64,000 bases of DNA from a virus (lineage: Duplodnaviria; Caudoviricetes): the IMG/VR virus record IMGVR_UViG_3300031851_000001; one strand, 5' to 3'. The stretch's first letter is position 1; the number at the start of each line of letters is the position of its first letter. The notes beneath the pieces were generated by a model. That model saw only the letters and a program-made list of their open reading frames with translations. It was not told the DNA's origin and searched no databases. This document shows positions 31,841 through 40,765 of the stretch, one piece after another. A program made the position numbers and the translations under genes.

Positions 31841-32883
31841 TATCCTGCACTCGCACTAATTATGTTTTGTCTTCTTTGTTCTTCATCTGAAAGCGCAATA
31901 TCCTGGCCACCTGATGTACCATAATCATGCGATGTTTCAATTTCTAATTCAGTCATATTGAGACTAAGAGTAACACCAGCAGGTTTACCACCTTTCATAA
32001 TCGAAACTCCACCGCCTGCACCATAGTCTACACTAAACTCTGTTATCATAGAACTTTTATATTTAATAAAGTGATCGCTATTAACACCGAGTAAATATAC
32101 ATCAACAACGGAAGGATATTGTAAAAATGCTTTTGGTATCCCAGATAAGTTTGTTACTTCAGGTAATGATTTTCTCTTAATCATATTAACGATATTTTTA
32201 ATTCTTTCAGAGTCAGCTGCACTGTTTGGAAACAAATCCCAAGAAAATTGGTGAGTTCTTAGATTAACGCCTTCGAATGAAAGAGTTTCACGAGGGTTAA
32301 TTGTTTGGCCAGTTACTAAATCAATAGCTCTGCCAACACCGTTACCTGATAGGAGAGGACTGTTTCTTAATAAATATTGCGATGCAGATGCAACATCTTT
32401 AACGTCTGTTCCAAGTACTTCTTTTGCCATACCTCTGGCAGCTTTCATTAAATCTCCGCCACCAATCCCACTAAGCCCAGCACCCATTGATTGTAACATT
32501 TGCGGAATTTGCTCAGCGGTCATTGAACCTTTACCATCAATAAAGTCATTAACTTTACTAGCAATACTTTCAACAAACGGATCTCTCTCGTTGCCATTTA
32601 TTCTTAGGCCTGTATTATCCAATAATGCTTTTGGGAATGGCAATTCAATAGTATCGACCCCTCTTAATCGAGCTCCTGATGCACGGTTATTGAACGCTTG
32701 TTGGAACGGAGTTCTTCTTAAACCATTGTTATTTCCAACTTTAATATCCTCATACGTAAAGTCTTTAAAACTTAATAAACAACTATGTGCGTGCGGTTGT
32801 TCGGGAAAACATTGATAACCTTGCGAAAATCTCTGTTCTTTTCTATTTCGGTATGTCTCAACGCGTCTCAGCAAATTTACCAT
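31840..32883 (-). CDS. gp48: Baseplate tail-tube cap gp48
   Basis: IELPFP; INPRETLSFEGVNLRTHQFSWDLFPNSAADSERIKNIV; FLQYPSVVDV; LSLNMTELE. Confidence 0.85.
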   Translation of the reverse strand: MVNLLRRVETYRNRKEQRFSQGYQCFPEQPHAHSCLLSFKDFTYEDIKVGNNNGLRRTPFQQAFNNRASGARLRGVDTIELPFPKALLDNTGLRINGNERDPFVESIASKVNDFIDGKGSMTAEQIPQMLQSMGAGLSGIGGGDLMKAARGMAKEVLGTDVKDVASASQYLLRNSPLLSGNGVGRAIDLVTGQTINPRETLSFEGVNLRTHQFSWDLFPNSAADSERIKNIVNMIKRKSLPEVTNLSGIPKAFLQYPSVVDVYLLGVNSDHFIKYKSSMITEFSVDYGAGGGVSIMKGGKPAGVTLSLNMTELEIETSHDYGTSGGQDIALSDEEQRRQNIISASAG

Positions 32884-32904
32884 AGATTTTTCCTGTCGTT
32901 TGAT

Positions 32905-32912
32905 TATAAATA
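32905..32912 (+). promoter_or_regulatory. Late promoter for the gp4-gp29 block
   Basis: Exact TATAAATA on the plus strand upstream of gp4. Confidence 0.85.
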
Positions 32913-32923
32913 GTTTATTGTTC

Positions 32924-32931
32924 TATTTATA
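32924..32931 (-). promoter_or_regulatory. Late promoter for the gp48 baseplate block
   Basis: Exact TATAAATA on the minus strand upstream of gp48. Confidence 0.85.
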
Positions 32932-32938
32932 CTAAATT

Positions 32939-33406
32939 ATGAGGCACGAATTGGCATATAGCGGAAGGTTTCGACCAAAGAACCCAACTAAATACAAGGG
33001 TGACCCTACAAAGATTATTTATCGTTCCATGTGGGAATTTAAGTTTTTTCGTTATGTAGATGAACATCCTGATGTTGTATGGTGGCAAAGTGAAGAGGTA
33101 GTAATACCATATATGTCTCCTATTGACGGAAGAAGGCACAGGTATTTTCCTGATGTTATTGTTCATAGGAAAATAGCGAGTGGCGAACAGAAAACTTTGA
33201 TGATTGAAATTAAACCGGCTGCACAGACAAAGCCACCTGATAGAAGTAAAATGAAAACGAGTAAAGGTCGGGTATCCCGCAGATATCTAAACGAGGTAAA
33301 GACATATGGCGTCAACGAAGCGAAATGGAAAGCAGCTAGAAAATTCTGCGCTGACCGTGGTTGGGCATTTGAAATTTACACAGAACACGAACTGGGATTA
33401 AAGTAA
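32939..33406 (+). CDS. gp4: Head completion nuclease gp4 (start may be TTG at 32951)
   Basis: AYSGRFRPKNPTKYKGDPTKIIYRSMWE...WQSEE...RYFPD...IEIKP. GAGG at 32941-44 fits a TTG start. Confidence 0.93.
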   Translation: MRHELAYSGRFRPKNPTKYKGDPTKIIYRSMWEFKFFRYVDEHPDVVWWQSEEVVIPYMSPIDGRRHRYFPDVIVHRKIASGEQKTLMIEIKPAAQTKPPDRSKMKTSKGRVSRRYLNEVKTYGVNEAKWKAARKFCADRGWAFEIYTEHELGLK

Positions 33407-34011
33407 TGGTAGCAAAAGTATTCGATGATATTTTATTAAAAGGTGTTCGCAGCGGTCAGATACCAGCTCGGACAGACGCTGCCAGAGAATGGTATCGCCA
33501 GCAAGCCAAAGATACTACAAAGGCGAAGTCTCGTCCAGAAAAAATGATTAAAGAAATGGGTAAAGAACGCGCAAAAAGCAGATTTGAATTAGGCAATATG
33601 TATATGTTTAATTATTTAGCTAAGCATGCAGATACTTTACCATATTATGATAGATTTCCGCTCATATTTCCAATAAATAGAGCTAAAGGTGGCTTCATGG
33701 GAATTAATATGCATTACTTACCTCCTGTCTTAAGAGCTAAGTTAATGGATGCGCTTTATGATACTGCTAACAATAAATACTATGACGAAACAACTAAATT
33801 AAAATTAAGCTATCAGACTTTGGCAAGTGCGACTAAATTTAAAGAATTTAAACCATGTATAAAACATTACTTAACTGGTCAGCTAAGATCGCGATTAATA
33901 TATATCTCACCTTCAGAATGGGATGTAGCGTTATTTTTACCAACGGCACGCTTTGTAGGTGCCACACAAGCACAGGTCTTTAAAGACTCAAGAAAGATAA
34001 TCAGAGGATAA
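33406..34011 (+). CDS. gp2: DNA end protector gp2
   Basis: MYMFNY.AKHADTLPYYDRFPLIFP...GINMHYLPP..RAKL...CIKHYL. Confidence 0.93.
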   Translation: MVAKVFDDILLKGVRSGQIPARTDAAREWYRQQAKDTTKAKSRPEKMIKEMGKERAKSRFELGNMYMFNYLAKHADTLPYYDRFPLIFPINRAKGGFMGINMHYLPPVLRAKLMDALYDTANNKYYDETTKLKLSYQTLASATKFKEFKPCIKHYLTGQLRSRLIYISPSEWDVALFLPTARFVGATQAQVFKDSRKIIRG

Positions 34012-34012
34012 C

Positions 34013-34786
34013 ATGGCGTTTAGTATAAAAGATTTTAAATCGCAAATGGATCGCTTCGGCGGACCACAACGGCAGTCGTTATTTGAAGTTACTATTAATA
34101 ACTTTCCAGTTAATGTTTCTGCCATGGACACAAGGGATTTAACATTCTTTTGTAAAAACGTAGCAATCCCTGGGTTAAGTATGGCATTAACTTCATACGA
34201 AGCTGTTGGACAACAACGTAGAATGTATCCAACAATGATGAACCCAGAACCAGTACAAGCTATCTTTATGTTAGACTCAGACCATCAAGTATTAACATTT
34301 TTCCATTCATGGATGCAGCGAATAGTAAATTATTCTACTTCAGGTGGAAACTTTTCTGAGGTTGGTGGTGCGTTACCATTTGAAATTGGATATAAAAACG
34401 AATACGGATGCCGCTTAACAATTAAAGCATATTCAAATGATTTTTTAGAAACAGGCAAGTATTACGAAACAATATTAGATGGTGCATTCCCTGGGTTACT
34501 AGGAGATGTTGATTTGGCGTGGGAATCAAATGATAGTTACGGTACTTTACCAATAAGTTTCCAATATGATAGAATTGAATTTTCAGGCGAGCGCCAAGGA
34601 ATAACAACAGGAAGATTTAATAGAGGCAACGGCTTACTTGGTCTTATCGAGTCAGTTGGTGACTTTGGTCAGTTAATTGGACAAAACATTGTGCCAAGAT
34701 CAATACAAGATAGTGTAGACAAATTTACACGAATTACAAATAACTTTGACAATATATCAAACCGCGTTGGCGGTATTTTTAGATAA
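34013..34786 (+). CDS. gp54: Tail tube initiator gp54 / gp19-fold protein
   Basis: GGPQRQSLFEV...LTFFCKNVAIPG...FFHSWMQRI...AFPGLLGDVDLAWES...ISFQY. Confidence 0.7.
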   Translation: MAFSIKDFKSQMDRFGGPQRQSLFEVTINNFPVNVSAMDTRDLTFFCKNVAIPGLSMALTSYEAVGQQRRMYPTMMNPEPVQAIFMLDSDHQVLTFFHSWMQRIVNYSTSGGNFSEVGGALPFEIGYKNEYGCRLTIKAYSNDFLETGKYYETILDGAFPGLLGDVDLAWESNDSYGTLPISFQYDRIEFSGERQGITTGRFNRGNGLLGLIESVGDFGQLIGQNIVPRSIQDSVDKFTRITNNFDNISNRVGGIFR

Positions 34787-34801
34787 TAGGAGAATTAGAT
34801 T

Positions 34802-35503
34802 ATGGGACTACCAAAAATTGATTTACCAATTTATGAGCTTGAATTGCCATCAACCGGTGAGACTATTAAGTACAGACCATTTACTGTAAAAGAAGAAAAG
34901 ATTTTATTAGTTGCACAAGAAGCCGATGATCCAATGCAAGAATTGTTGGCAGCTAAACAAGTTGTTAATAACTGTGTCGTTGACATAGATATTTCTAAGC
35001 TTGCGATGTTTGATTTAGAATTTATTATTTTGAATTTAAGATCTAAATCAGTCAACAACGAAACTAAATTTGGTTTAAAAGATCCTGACACGTTAGAAAC
35101 GGTTGAGCTTGTTATGGATTTAAACACAGTAAGTTTAGAAACATCAGAAGAACATTCAAATAAGGTTAAGATTAACGAAGAATTTAGTTTATTTTTAAAG
35201 TACCCTACTATTGATGAATACATTAAGATTAGGGACAGAGATCCAGAGGATCCTTTATTGAATTACTTTATTTTAACATCGTGTTTAGATAAAGTGGCAT
35301 CTGAAGATGAAGTTCATGAATTTAGAAACTACAGTACAAAAGAAATTGACGATTTCATGGAAAATATTTCTTCTGATATTGTTAAAGGAATACAAAGCTT
35401 TTTTGAAACAATGCCGAAGCTAAGGCATACTTTAAATTATACAAACAAAGACGGCGTAGACAAAACATTTGCAGTGGAGGGTATGAACTCTTTTTTTATC
35501 TAA
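34802..35503 (+). CDS. gp26: Baseplate hub subunit gp26
   Basis: MGLPKIDLPIYELELPSTGETIKYRPFTVKEEKILL...FDLEFIILNLRSKSV...FFETMPKL. Confidence 0.92.
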   Translation: MGLPKIDLPIYELELPSTGETIKYRPFTVKEEKILLVAQEADDPMQELLAAKQVVNNCVVDIDISKLAMFDLEFIILNLRSKSVNNETKFGLKDPDTLETVELVMDLNTVSLETSEEHSNKVKINEEFSLFLKYPTIDEYIKIRDRDPEDPLLNYFILTSCLDKVASEDEVHEFRNYSTKEIDDFMENISSDIVKGIQSFFETMPKLRHTLNYTNKDGVDKTFAVEGMNSFFI

Positions 35504-35670
35504 TGCTGAGTCATACGACTTTAGCGGATTATTATCAAACGATATTCACTTTGGCTCAGCACCATAAATATTCCATAGATGAAATTGAAGGTATGGTACC
35601 ATATGAAAGAGATTTATATTTTGGCATGTTAGTTGATTATGTACAGAAACAAAACGAAAATAGGCAGTAA
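35503..35670 (+). CDS. gp51: Baseplate hub assembly catalyst gp51 (55 aa, missing from ORF track)
   Basis: Manual translation MLSHTTLADYYQTIFTLAQHHKYSIDEIEGMVPYERDLYFGMLVDYVQKQNENRQ; TAATG coupling to gp26. Confidence 0.9.
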   Translation: MLSHTTLADYYQTIFTLAQHHKYSIDEIEGMVPYERDLYFGMLVDYVQKQNENRQ

Positions 35671-35676
35671 TTAAAA

Positions 35677-37728
35677 ATGGCAATTTCAGAAGATACCAAA
35701 GCAATCATTTCGCAGCTAGAAATGCAAGGCGAACTTATACGAAATACCGGTGCTAACTCTTTAAGAGAAGTCAATGTTAAACTTGATAAGTTTAGCGACG
35801 CATTTGTATCTATTGCAGCAAACATTTCAAGCAATAACCAAATGCTACAAAATTCTCAAAAGATGATGAGGGAACAAGCTGAATATGATCGCCAACAACG
35901 AGACTTCGATGATTTAAAAAGAGATAAAGAAGTTAAGGTAAAAGAAAAAAGCGATTTAGGAGTTAAAGAAGGCCTTAAAGATATTAAAGATAGTTTATCT
36001 GGTTTTAGTATGACAGGTTTACTTGGTGGTATCGGTAAAGCTATTGGTATTGGTTTAGGTGCGGCTGTTGCAGGTAATATATTAAAAGGATTTGTCGACG
36101 AAAAATATGACGGAGCCTTTACTAATTTTCAAAACAATCTTGCCAACTTAGACTTTGGATTAATTAACCAGTCTATAAAAGATATGCAATTAGCAACAGA
36201 AAAATTAGTTACACAAATGGAACAAATAAACGAAACAGTAAAAAAAATTACTGATAGCCTTTTATTTAAACTTGCAACAACTGTTGGCATTCTTACCACT
36301 ATTCAACAAACCTTTAAGCGCATTATTGGTCCGTACTTTGCAGATGTTTTTGATGCAAGGAGAGTAAAAAGAAGACAACAAATGGATATGTTTAGAAATG
36401 CTGATAAATTATCCATGGAAAACCTAGAAGAATTTAACAAAACTCGTAACAGACCTCCACTAGGCACAGATTTTATGCCAGAAAATTTAACTTCACCAGA
36501 ACTTGATGGAACCAGCAGCGGTGGAAAAGGTCTTATTGGTGGAAGTAATGCTATCGACACAAACAACCCAAACCGTATAATACCACCCAATGGGCCTAAT
36601 GCATTTAATGCACCAAACGATATTTATGAACCTGTTAGAGACCGTGGTGGTCGAGCGTTTGGTTCTTTTGGAGCTTCAGGTCAAGGTAATTTTATAACTA
36701 GAGGAAAAGGAAATCAAGCGTTAGTTGATTCTAGTATGGGACCAAATGGCGAACGCGGAGTTGGACGTTCGCCGGGTGCACAAGCTGGATTTAAAAAACC
36801 TAAAGGCGCATTTATGTCTCAAGCTGAATTAGATCTCGCGTTTAAAGAATTAGGACAATTAAAACTGTTTAAAGAAGTTGTAAAAGGGTTAGTATTTGTT
36901 GGTATTGCTTGGACCATATATGATTCAATAAATTTATATTATGCATGGAAAGCAACACCTGAAGGCCCTGCAGGAGACGAAGCCAGAAAAATGATACTTA
37001 TAAACGAGTTTGGCTCGTTGGTTACTGGCGCTGGTGGCGCTGCGGTTGGTGCTTTTATTGGAACTTTTGGTGGACCTTGGGGAATATTACTTTTTTCAGT
37101 TATTGGTGGAGTCGCGGGATCACTTGCAGGTCCAACTATAGTAGGAATGATTTATGACTGGGCTAATGAAAAACCATTAACCGAACAACAAGCAGAGCAA
37201 GCTATAGCAGCAATTGATGGAAAGATTGAAACACTTACAGCAAATATGAATAACGCTATGACATCTGGCAGCCCATTCGCTGGTGCAGCTGCTATGGGTG
37301 CTCAGGAAGGAATAAGAGCGTTAGTTGACGAAAGAAATGTTCTTTCAGCACGAGTAGCAAGTATTAGAAGAGCGAGAGGCCCAGCAGTTCGCGAAGGAAT
37401 GAATTACTTACAATCAGGAATGGAAGCAGCCGCATACGGTTCTGGTGGTAGACGTATGTTTGAAATATCACGCAGTGGAACTCCTCAACAAAAAGCAGTA
37501 TTACTTGATGCATTACTTGAAGTAGAATCTAGATACCAAAAAGGTATGACTGATATAGAAGCATTCCTTTCTCAAGGTGCTGCACCAACTATTATTAATG
37601 CTCCAACTAATGTTAATCCAGTTATTACCAATACACACGGTGGTAATAGTAAATCTGAAGTTAATGTTGTAGGCGGTGGTTTTGCTGGCGATACGTTTGT
37701 AAATGGTTTACCATACTTAGCTCAATAA
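35677..37728 (+). CDS. Baseplate hub / tape-measure protein, gp29-like
   Basis: 683-aa helical protein with glycine-rich hydrophobic segments, located after gp26-gp51; ends APTIINAPTNV. Confidence 0.6.
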   Translation: MAISEDTKAIISQLEMQGELIRNTGANSLREVNVKLDKFSDAFVSIAANISSNNQMLQNSQKMMREQAEYDRQQRDFDDLKRDKEVKVKEKSDLGVKEGLKDIKDSLSGFSMTGLLGGIGKAIGIGLGAAVAGNILKGFVDEKYDGAFTNFQNNLANLDFGLINQSIKDMQLATEKLVTQMEQINETVKKITDSLLFKLATTVGILTTIQQTFKRIIGPYFADVFDARRVKRRQQMDMFRNADKLSMENLEEFNKTRNRPPLGTDFMPENLTSPELDGTSSGGKGLIGGSNAIDTNNPNRIIPPNGPNAFNAPNDIYEPVRDRGGRAFGSFGASGQGNFITRGKGNQALVDSSMGPNGERGVGRSPGAQAGFKKPKGAFMSQAELDLAFKELGQLKLFKEVVKGLVFVGIAWTIYDSINLYYAWKATPEGPAGDEARKMILINEFGSLVTGAGGAAVGAFIGTFGGPWGILLFSVIGGVAGSLAGPTIVGMIYDWANEKPLTEQQAEQAIAAIDGKIETLTANMNNAMTSGSPFAGAAAMGAQEGIRALVDERNVLSARVASIRRARGPAVREGMNYLQSGMEAAAYGSGGRRMFEISRSGTPQQKAVLLDALLEVESRYQKGMTDIEAFLSQGAAPTIINAPTNVNPVITNTHGGNSKSEVNVVGGGFAGDTFVNGLPYLAQ

Positions 37729-37752
37729 AAAAGGGAGCGTTTGCTCCCTTTC
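37727..37752. terminator. Bidirectional intrinsic terminator
   Basis: AAAAAAGGGAGC-GTTT-GCTCCCTTT hairpin at the convergence of the plus-strand and minus-strand gene blocks. Confidence 0.85.
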
Positions 37753-37753
37753 T

Positions 37754-37978
37754 CTAACCTCCGCCAATCCACGTTTTACTCGGATGATACCAATTCTTTT
37801 GGTTATGAATACGTCCAAGTAATTCATGCATTTCTCGCATTTCAGTACGAAGTTGGTCTGATGTTTCTCCTAAAGCAATTGCCATAGCCCTACGACCAAT
37901 TTTTGCTTGAAGGGCATGCTCAATAATTTCAATATCTCGTACGCCAAGTTTAAAGTTTTTGTTAGGTTTAACAGCCAT
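37754..37978 (-). CDS. Hypothetical protein (74 aa)
   Basis: ORF track; tightly packed with neighbours. Confidence 0.7.
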   Translation of the reverse strand: MAVKPNKNFKLGVRDIEIIEHALQAKIGRRAMAIALGETSDQLRTEMREMHELLGRIHNQKNWYHPSKTWIGGG

Positions 37979-38146
37979 TTAAAATACTAATCCAAAACTG
38001 TAATCATATACAAAACGCAGGCTTGTGCCAACATAATATCCAAATGAGTTGGCAACGTCCATAACGTATCCTTCTTTATTTCCTAATGGCATAAAGATTG
38101 CTAACAAAAAACATGCTGATAAATATAATTTAATAAGGTTCCACAT
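37979..38146 (-). CDS. Small hydrophobic protein (55 aa)
   Basis: Manual translation MWNLIKLYLSACFLLAIFMPLGNKEGYVMDVANSFGYYVGTSLRFVYDYSFGLVF; fills the gap exactly. Confidence 0.6.
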   Translation of the reverse strand: MWNLIKLYLSACFLLAIFMPLGNKEGYVMDVANSFGYYVGTSLRFVYDYSFGLVF

Positions 38147-38148
38147 GT

Positions 38149-38289
38149 TTATAGTCCTAGAATTCCAAACAGGTTAAACCAACCCATCGATGTTCCAATA
38201 ATAATTGGTGTACCAACCATCATAAGAGCTATGATTAAAAATGCTGCTATAGCACCTTTAGTATCTCCAGCTTCGTTTGGGTTACTCAT
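38149..38289 (-). CDS. Small membrane protein (46 aa)
   Basis: Manual translation MSNPNEAGDTKGAIAAFLIIALMMVGTPIIIGTSMGWFNLFGILGL; ATGA-type overlap with the upstream ORF. Confidence 0.65.
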   Translation of the reverse strand: MSNPNEAGDTKGAIAAFLIIALMMVGTPIIIGTSMGWFNLFGILGL

Positions 38290-38498
38290 ACGTTCCACTC
38301 CAATTCATCTTCAATAGCGGCTTGTACCGCTTGGTAGTAATCTCTATTTTCATCATCCATTTGCGCAAAGTATAATCCTGCGCATGATAGTAAATAATGA
38401 ACATTGCTGTTTTCTTCAAGGTGTGCACGTGGATTACTTTCCATTAATTCTTGGAGCTGATCCATGTATCCTTTAACAGCAGCTTGTTGTTTATTCAT
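38286..38498 (-). CDS. Hypothetical protein (70 aa; start reassigned to MNKQQ)
   Basis: GGAG RBS before ATG 38498, overlapping the stop of the upstream ORF. Confidence 0.65.
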   Translation of the reverse strand: MNKQQAAVKGYMDQLQELMESNPRAHLEENSNVHYLLSCAGLYFAQMDDENRDYYQAVQAAIEDELEWNV

Positions 38499-38787
38499 GT
38501 TCTCCGCCTTGTGCTCGACCGTTATATTGGCCAAATAGTTGTGGTGTACGCTTAGCAGCTTCAAATGTTGCGACAGTAATAAATACCGCGCCAAGTAGAA
38601 TTACGTGAAGTACCATACTAAAGATACCTGCCCACATACTGCCGACGATGATACCAAATACAATACACCACATCCATGCTAATACTTGCATTATCATATG
38701 ACGTACAGCCAAGTTTGTTATATTACTTAGTGGGTTATAATCGGAATCCATTACTACATTCCAACTGCTTACTACAAAATCTCTCAT
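38491..38787 (-). CDS. Conserved two-TM membrane protein (WNVVMD..NPL...RH..MQVLAWMWCIVF family)
   Basis: Motif recalled from marine alphaproteobacteria and their phages; two hydrophobic segments. Confidence 0.7.
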   Translation of the reverse strand: MRDFVVSSWNVVMDSDYNPLSNITNLAVRHMIMQVLAWMWCIVFGIIVGSMWAGIFSMVLHVILLGAVFITVATFEAAKRTPQLFGQYNGRAQGGEHE

Positions 38788-38821
38788 ATTATTTTCCTAT
38801 TATGCGTTGTGTTATGTTTCT

Positions 38822-38850
38822 ATTATATACTATATTTATATGTATGTCAA
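38822..38850 (-). promoter_or_regulatory. Consensus sigma70 promoter with embedded late promoter
   Basis: TTGACA-N17-TATAAT with TATAAATA (38833-38840) inside the spacer. Confidence 0.85.
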
Positions 38851-38853
38851 TAG

Positions 38854-38878
38854 AAAAATGGAGGGGCTTTCACCCTCC
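38854..38878 (-). terminator. Intrinsic terminator after hsp20
   Basis: GGAGGG-tgaaagc-CCCTCC followed by ATTTTT. Confidence 0.8.
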
Positions 38879-38886
38879 TGCTTTTA

Positions 38887-39336
38887 CTAACCTTTAAGGA
38901 ATTCTTTTTCACCGCGGTTGATTTTAATCTTTTGCGGTTTCTTTTCCTCTGGGATAACATTTTCTAAATGCACTGTTAAAATACCTGCATTTAATTCAGC
39001 TCCATGGATTTCAATAGTATCCATTAATGTAAATTCTCTTTTGAAGCTTCGTGCTGAAATACCTTTATGAAGATAGTTTTTATCATCATCAGTATCTTTA
39101 TTACCAGCAATGGTTAGTACACCCAACTTACGTGAAATATCCAAATCATCATAATCAAAACCAGCAATCGCTAACTGAAGTTCGTAGCGATCATCGTCTA
39201 GTTTGACAACATTATAAGGTGGATATTTTGGGGATGTAGTTGGTAGTGTTGTTGATGTCATTCTATCTAACATTCGGTCAAAGCCGATAAAGAATGGATC
39301 ATTAAGCATATTCGCATTAAATGTGCGTGTGTTCAT
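38887..39336 (-). CDS. hsp20: Small heat shock protein Hsp20 (IbpA-like)
   Basis: DPFFIGFDRM...KYPPYNVVK...ELQLAIAGF...YLHKGISARSFKREF...AELNAGILTVHLENVIPEEKKP. Confidence 0.97.
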   Translation of the reverse strand: MNTRTFNANMLNDPFFIGFDRMLDRMTSTTLPTTSPKYPPYNVVKLDDDRYELQLAIAGFDYDDLDISRKLGVLTIAGNKDTDDDKNYLHKGISARSFKREFTLMDTIEIHGAELNAGILTVHLENVIPEEKKPQKIKINRGEKEFLKG

Positions 39337-39390
39337 TTTAGTTCTCCTTATTAAGCGAGTTTAATGTAAGGAACCCGTTATGGCATTCCT
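39337..39390 (-). promoter_or_regulatory. ROSE-like RNA thermometer in the hsp20 5' UTR
   Basis: 5' hairpin AGGAAU-GCCAUAACGG-GUUCCU, then CUC-G-CUU/AAU/AAG-GAG, where the UCGCU motif pairs with the SD and leaves a bulged G. Confidence 0.7.
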
Positions 39391-39439
39391 AATACTATAT
39401 ATAATACTTTTTATTTAAATGTCAATAGTTTTTTTAAAA

Positions 39440-39757
39440 TTAATCAACATATGGCTCAAATTCAGTACCACTTGCTACAAGGCAAGCAATATTTCCTGGG
39501 TAAAGAGCCAATAAAGACCACGTTCCCGTGTCTTGGTTTGTCGTGAATACCATTTTAGCAGGAACTATTTGGTCACTGATATGGCGTTGGATAACGTCGC
39601 CTTTAAAAAGCATCTCTTCGTCTTTTTGTCTGATAACATTAGCAACGATTGGAAATTCAGAGCAAGGTTGAGATGCCATAAAAGGCGCGTTAAAAGGCTG
39701 TTCTTGAGCTGCTATTGGACTTGCAAGCAGAGTTAGTGGTATTAGATATTTAAACAT
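39440..39757 (-). CDS. Hypothetical protein with signal peptide
   Basis: N-terminal MFKYLIPLTLLASPIAA; FTTNQDTGTWSL...ACLVASG motif. Confidence 0.75.
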   Translation of the reverse strand: MFKYLIPLTLLASPIAAQEQPFNAPFMASQPCSEFPIVANVIRQKDEEMLFKGDVIQRHISDQIVPAKMVFTTNQDTGTWSLLALYPGNIACLVASGTEFEPYVD

Positions 39758-39765
39758 ATCATTTC

Positions 39766-40281
39766 CTATTCTCCAGTGCTTCCAAACCCTCCGTCTCTAT
39801 CAGTTTTTTGCTCTGGCGCTGTTTTGGTTTCTGTTAACTTAATTTTATTTACTTTTTCAACAATACATTGTGCTAGACGTTCACCGCTGGTAATTGATAC
39901 TAAACTATCTGTTTCGTTTAATAACATAATGTATGTTGGATCTATATAATCTGAGTCAATAATTCCAGTGCCATTTGCCAAGCTTAAACCTTTTTTCAAG
40001 GCAACACTTGATCTAATAAACATTTTCATTACATGTTTTTCTGGTATATCAAAAATTAAACCAGTTGGAATAAGTACACGAGTGTCAGGCGGTAATTGAA
40101 AACAATGCTCTTCTTTCCCTACTCCTTTTACTGCAATTTGTACTGCCTTATTCCAGTTATTATATGCCTGTAAACGATCGCCTCGTTTAAAACAAGCTTT
40201 TAAGTCAAATGCAGCTGATCCCTCTGTAGCGTATTCAGGTAATTCAGCATTTTCGTTCATTCTATAAATTTTCATTATCAC
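39766..40281 (-). CDS. dut: Trimeric dUTPase
   Basis: GSAAFDL, LIPTGL, IRSSVALK, GIIDSDY, GERLAQ, RDGGFGSTG. Confidence 0.95.
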   Translation of the reverse strand: MIMKIYRMNENAELPEYATEGSAAFDLKACFKRGDRLQAYNNWNKAVQIAVKGVGKEEHCFQLPPDTRVLIPTGLIFDIPEKHVMKMFIRSSVALKKGLSLANGTGIIDSDYIDPTYIMLLNETDSLVSITSGERLAQCIVEKVNKIKLTETKTAPEQKTDRDGGFGSTGE

Positions 40282-40688
40282 TTCTTTCCAATGTTATATT
40301 TTGCTTCTAATGTCCAGTTTGATTTTTCTTTATGCGATATAATTTTAATTTGGTTTAATTGAGCAACAGGTTCTTTACTATTGTCAGGGTTGACTATAGC
40401 AACTAATTCCCATTCTTCTAATAAGTTAACAATAGTATTTCTACGAGCTTCGTCTTCTTCTGCAAACGTATCTTTTTTACCATCAAGAATAAACAATTCT
40501 TTAAAATGCAATATAGAATATCTACCTTGCTTGTGTAAAATATGACATGTTTGATAAAGCTTTTTCTCTTTACGAGACGAAATACCAATTCGTGTTAGAG
40601 TTTCTTTTACTTTAAGGAAACTATCAGGGGAAGGAAGAGTAACCTCGATTCCTACGCCTTTAAAAATATCTTCTGAGTTCATAACCAC
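40278..40688 (-). CDS. regA: Translational repressor RegA
   Basis: DSFLKVKETLTRIGISSRKEKKLYQTCHILHKQGRYSILHFKELF. Confidence 0.97.
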   Translation of the reverse strand: MVMNSEDIFKGVGIEVTLPSPDSFLKVKETLTRIGISSRKEKKLYQTCHILHKQGRYSILHFKELFILDGKKDTFAEEDEARRNTIVNLLEEWELVAIVNPDNSKEPVAQLNQIKIISHKEKSNWTLEAKYNIGKK

Positions 40689-40765
40689 AGCACCTTTTTT
40701 TATTATTAATTATATGGTGTGGTCTCACACTGTGACCAACGAATATATTTATTGTTTTGAATATT

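Noticed and set aside
38286-38594. 102-aa version of this ORF
   Set aside because: The N-terminal extension overlaps the upstream gene; the RBS supports ATG 38498.
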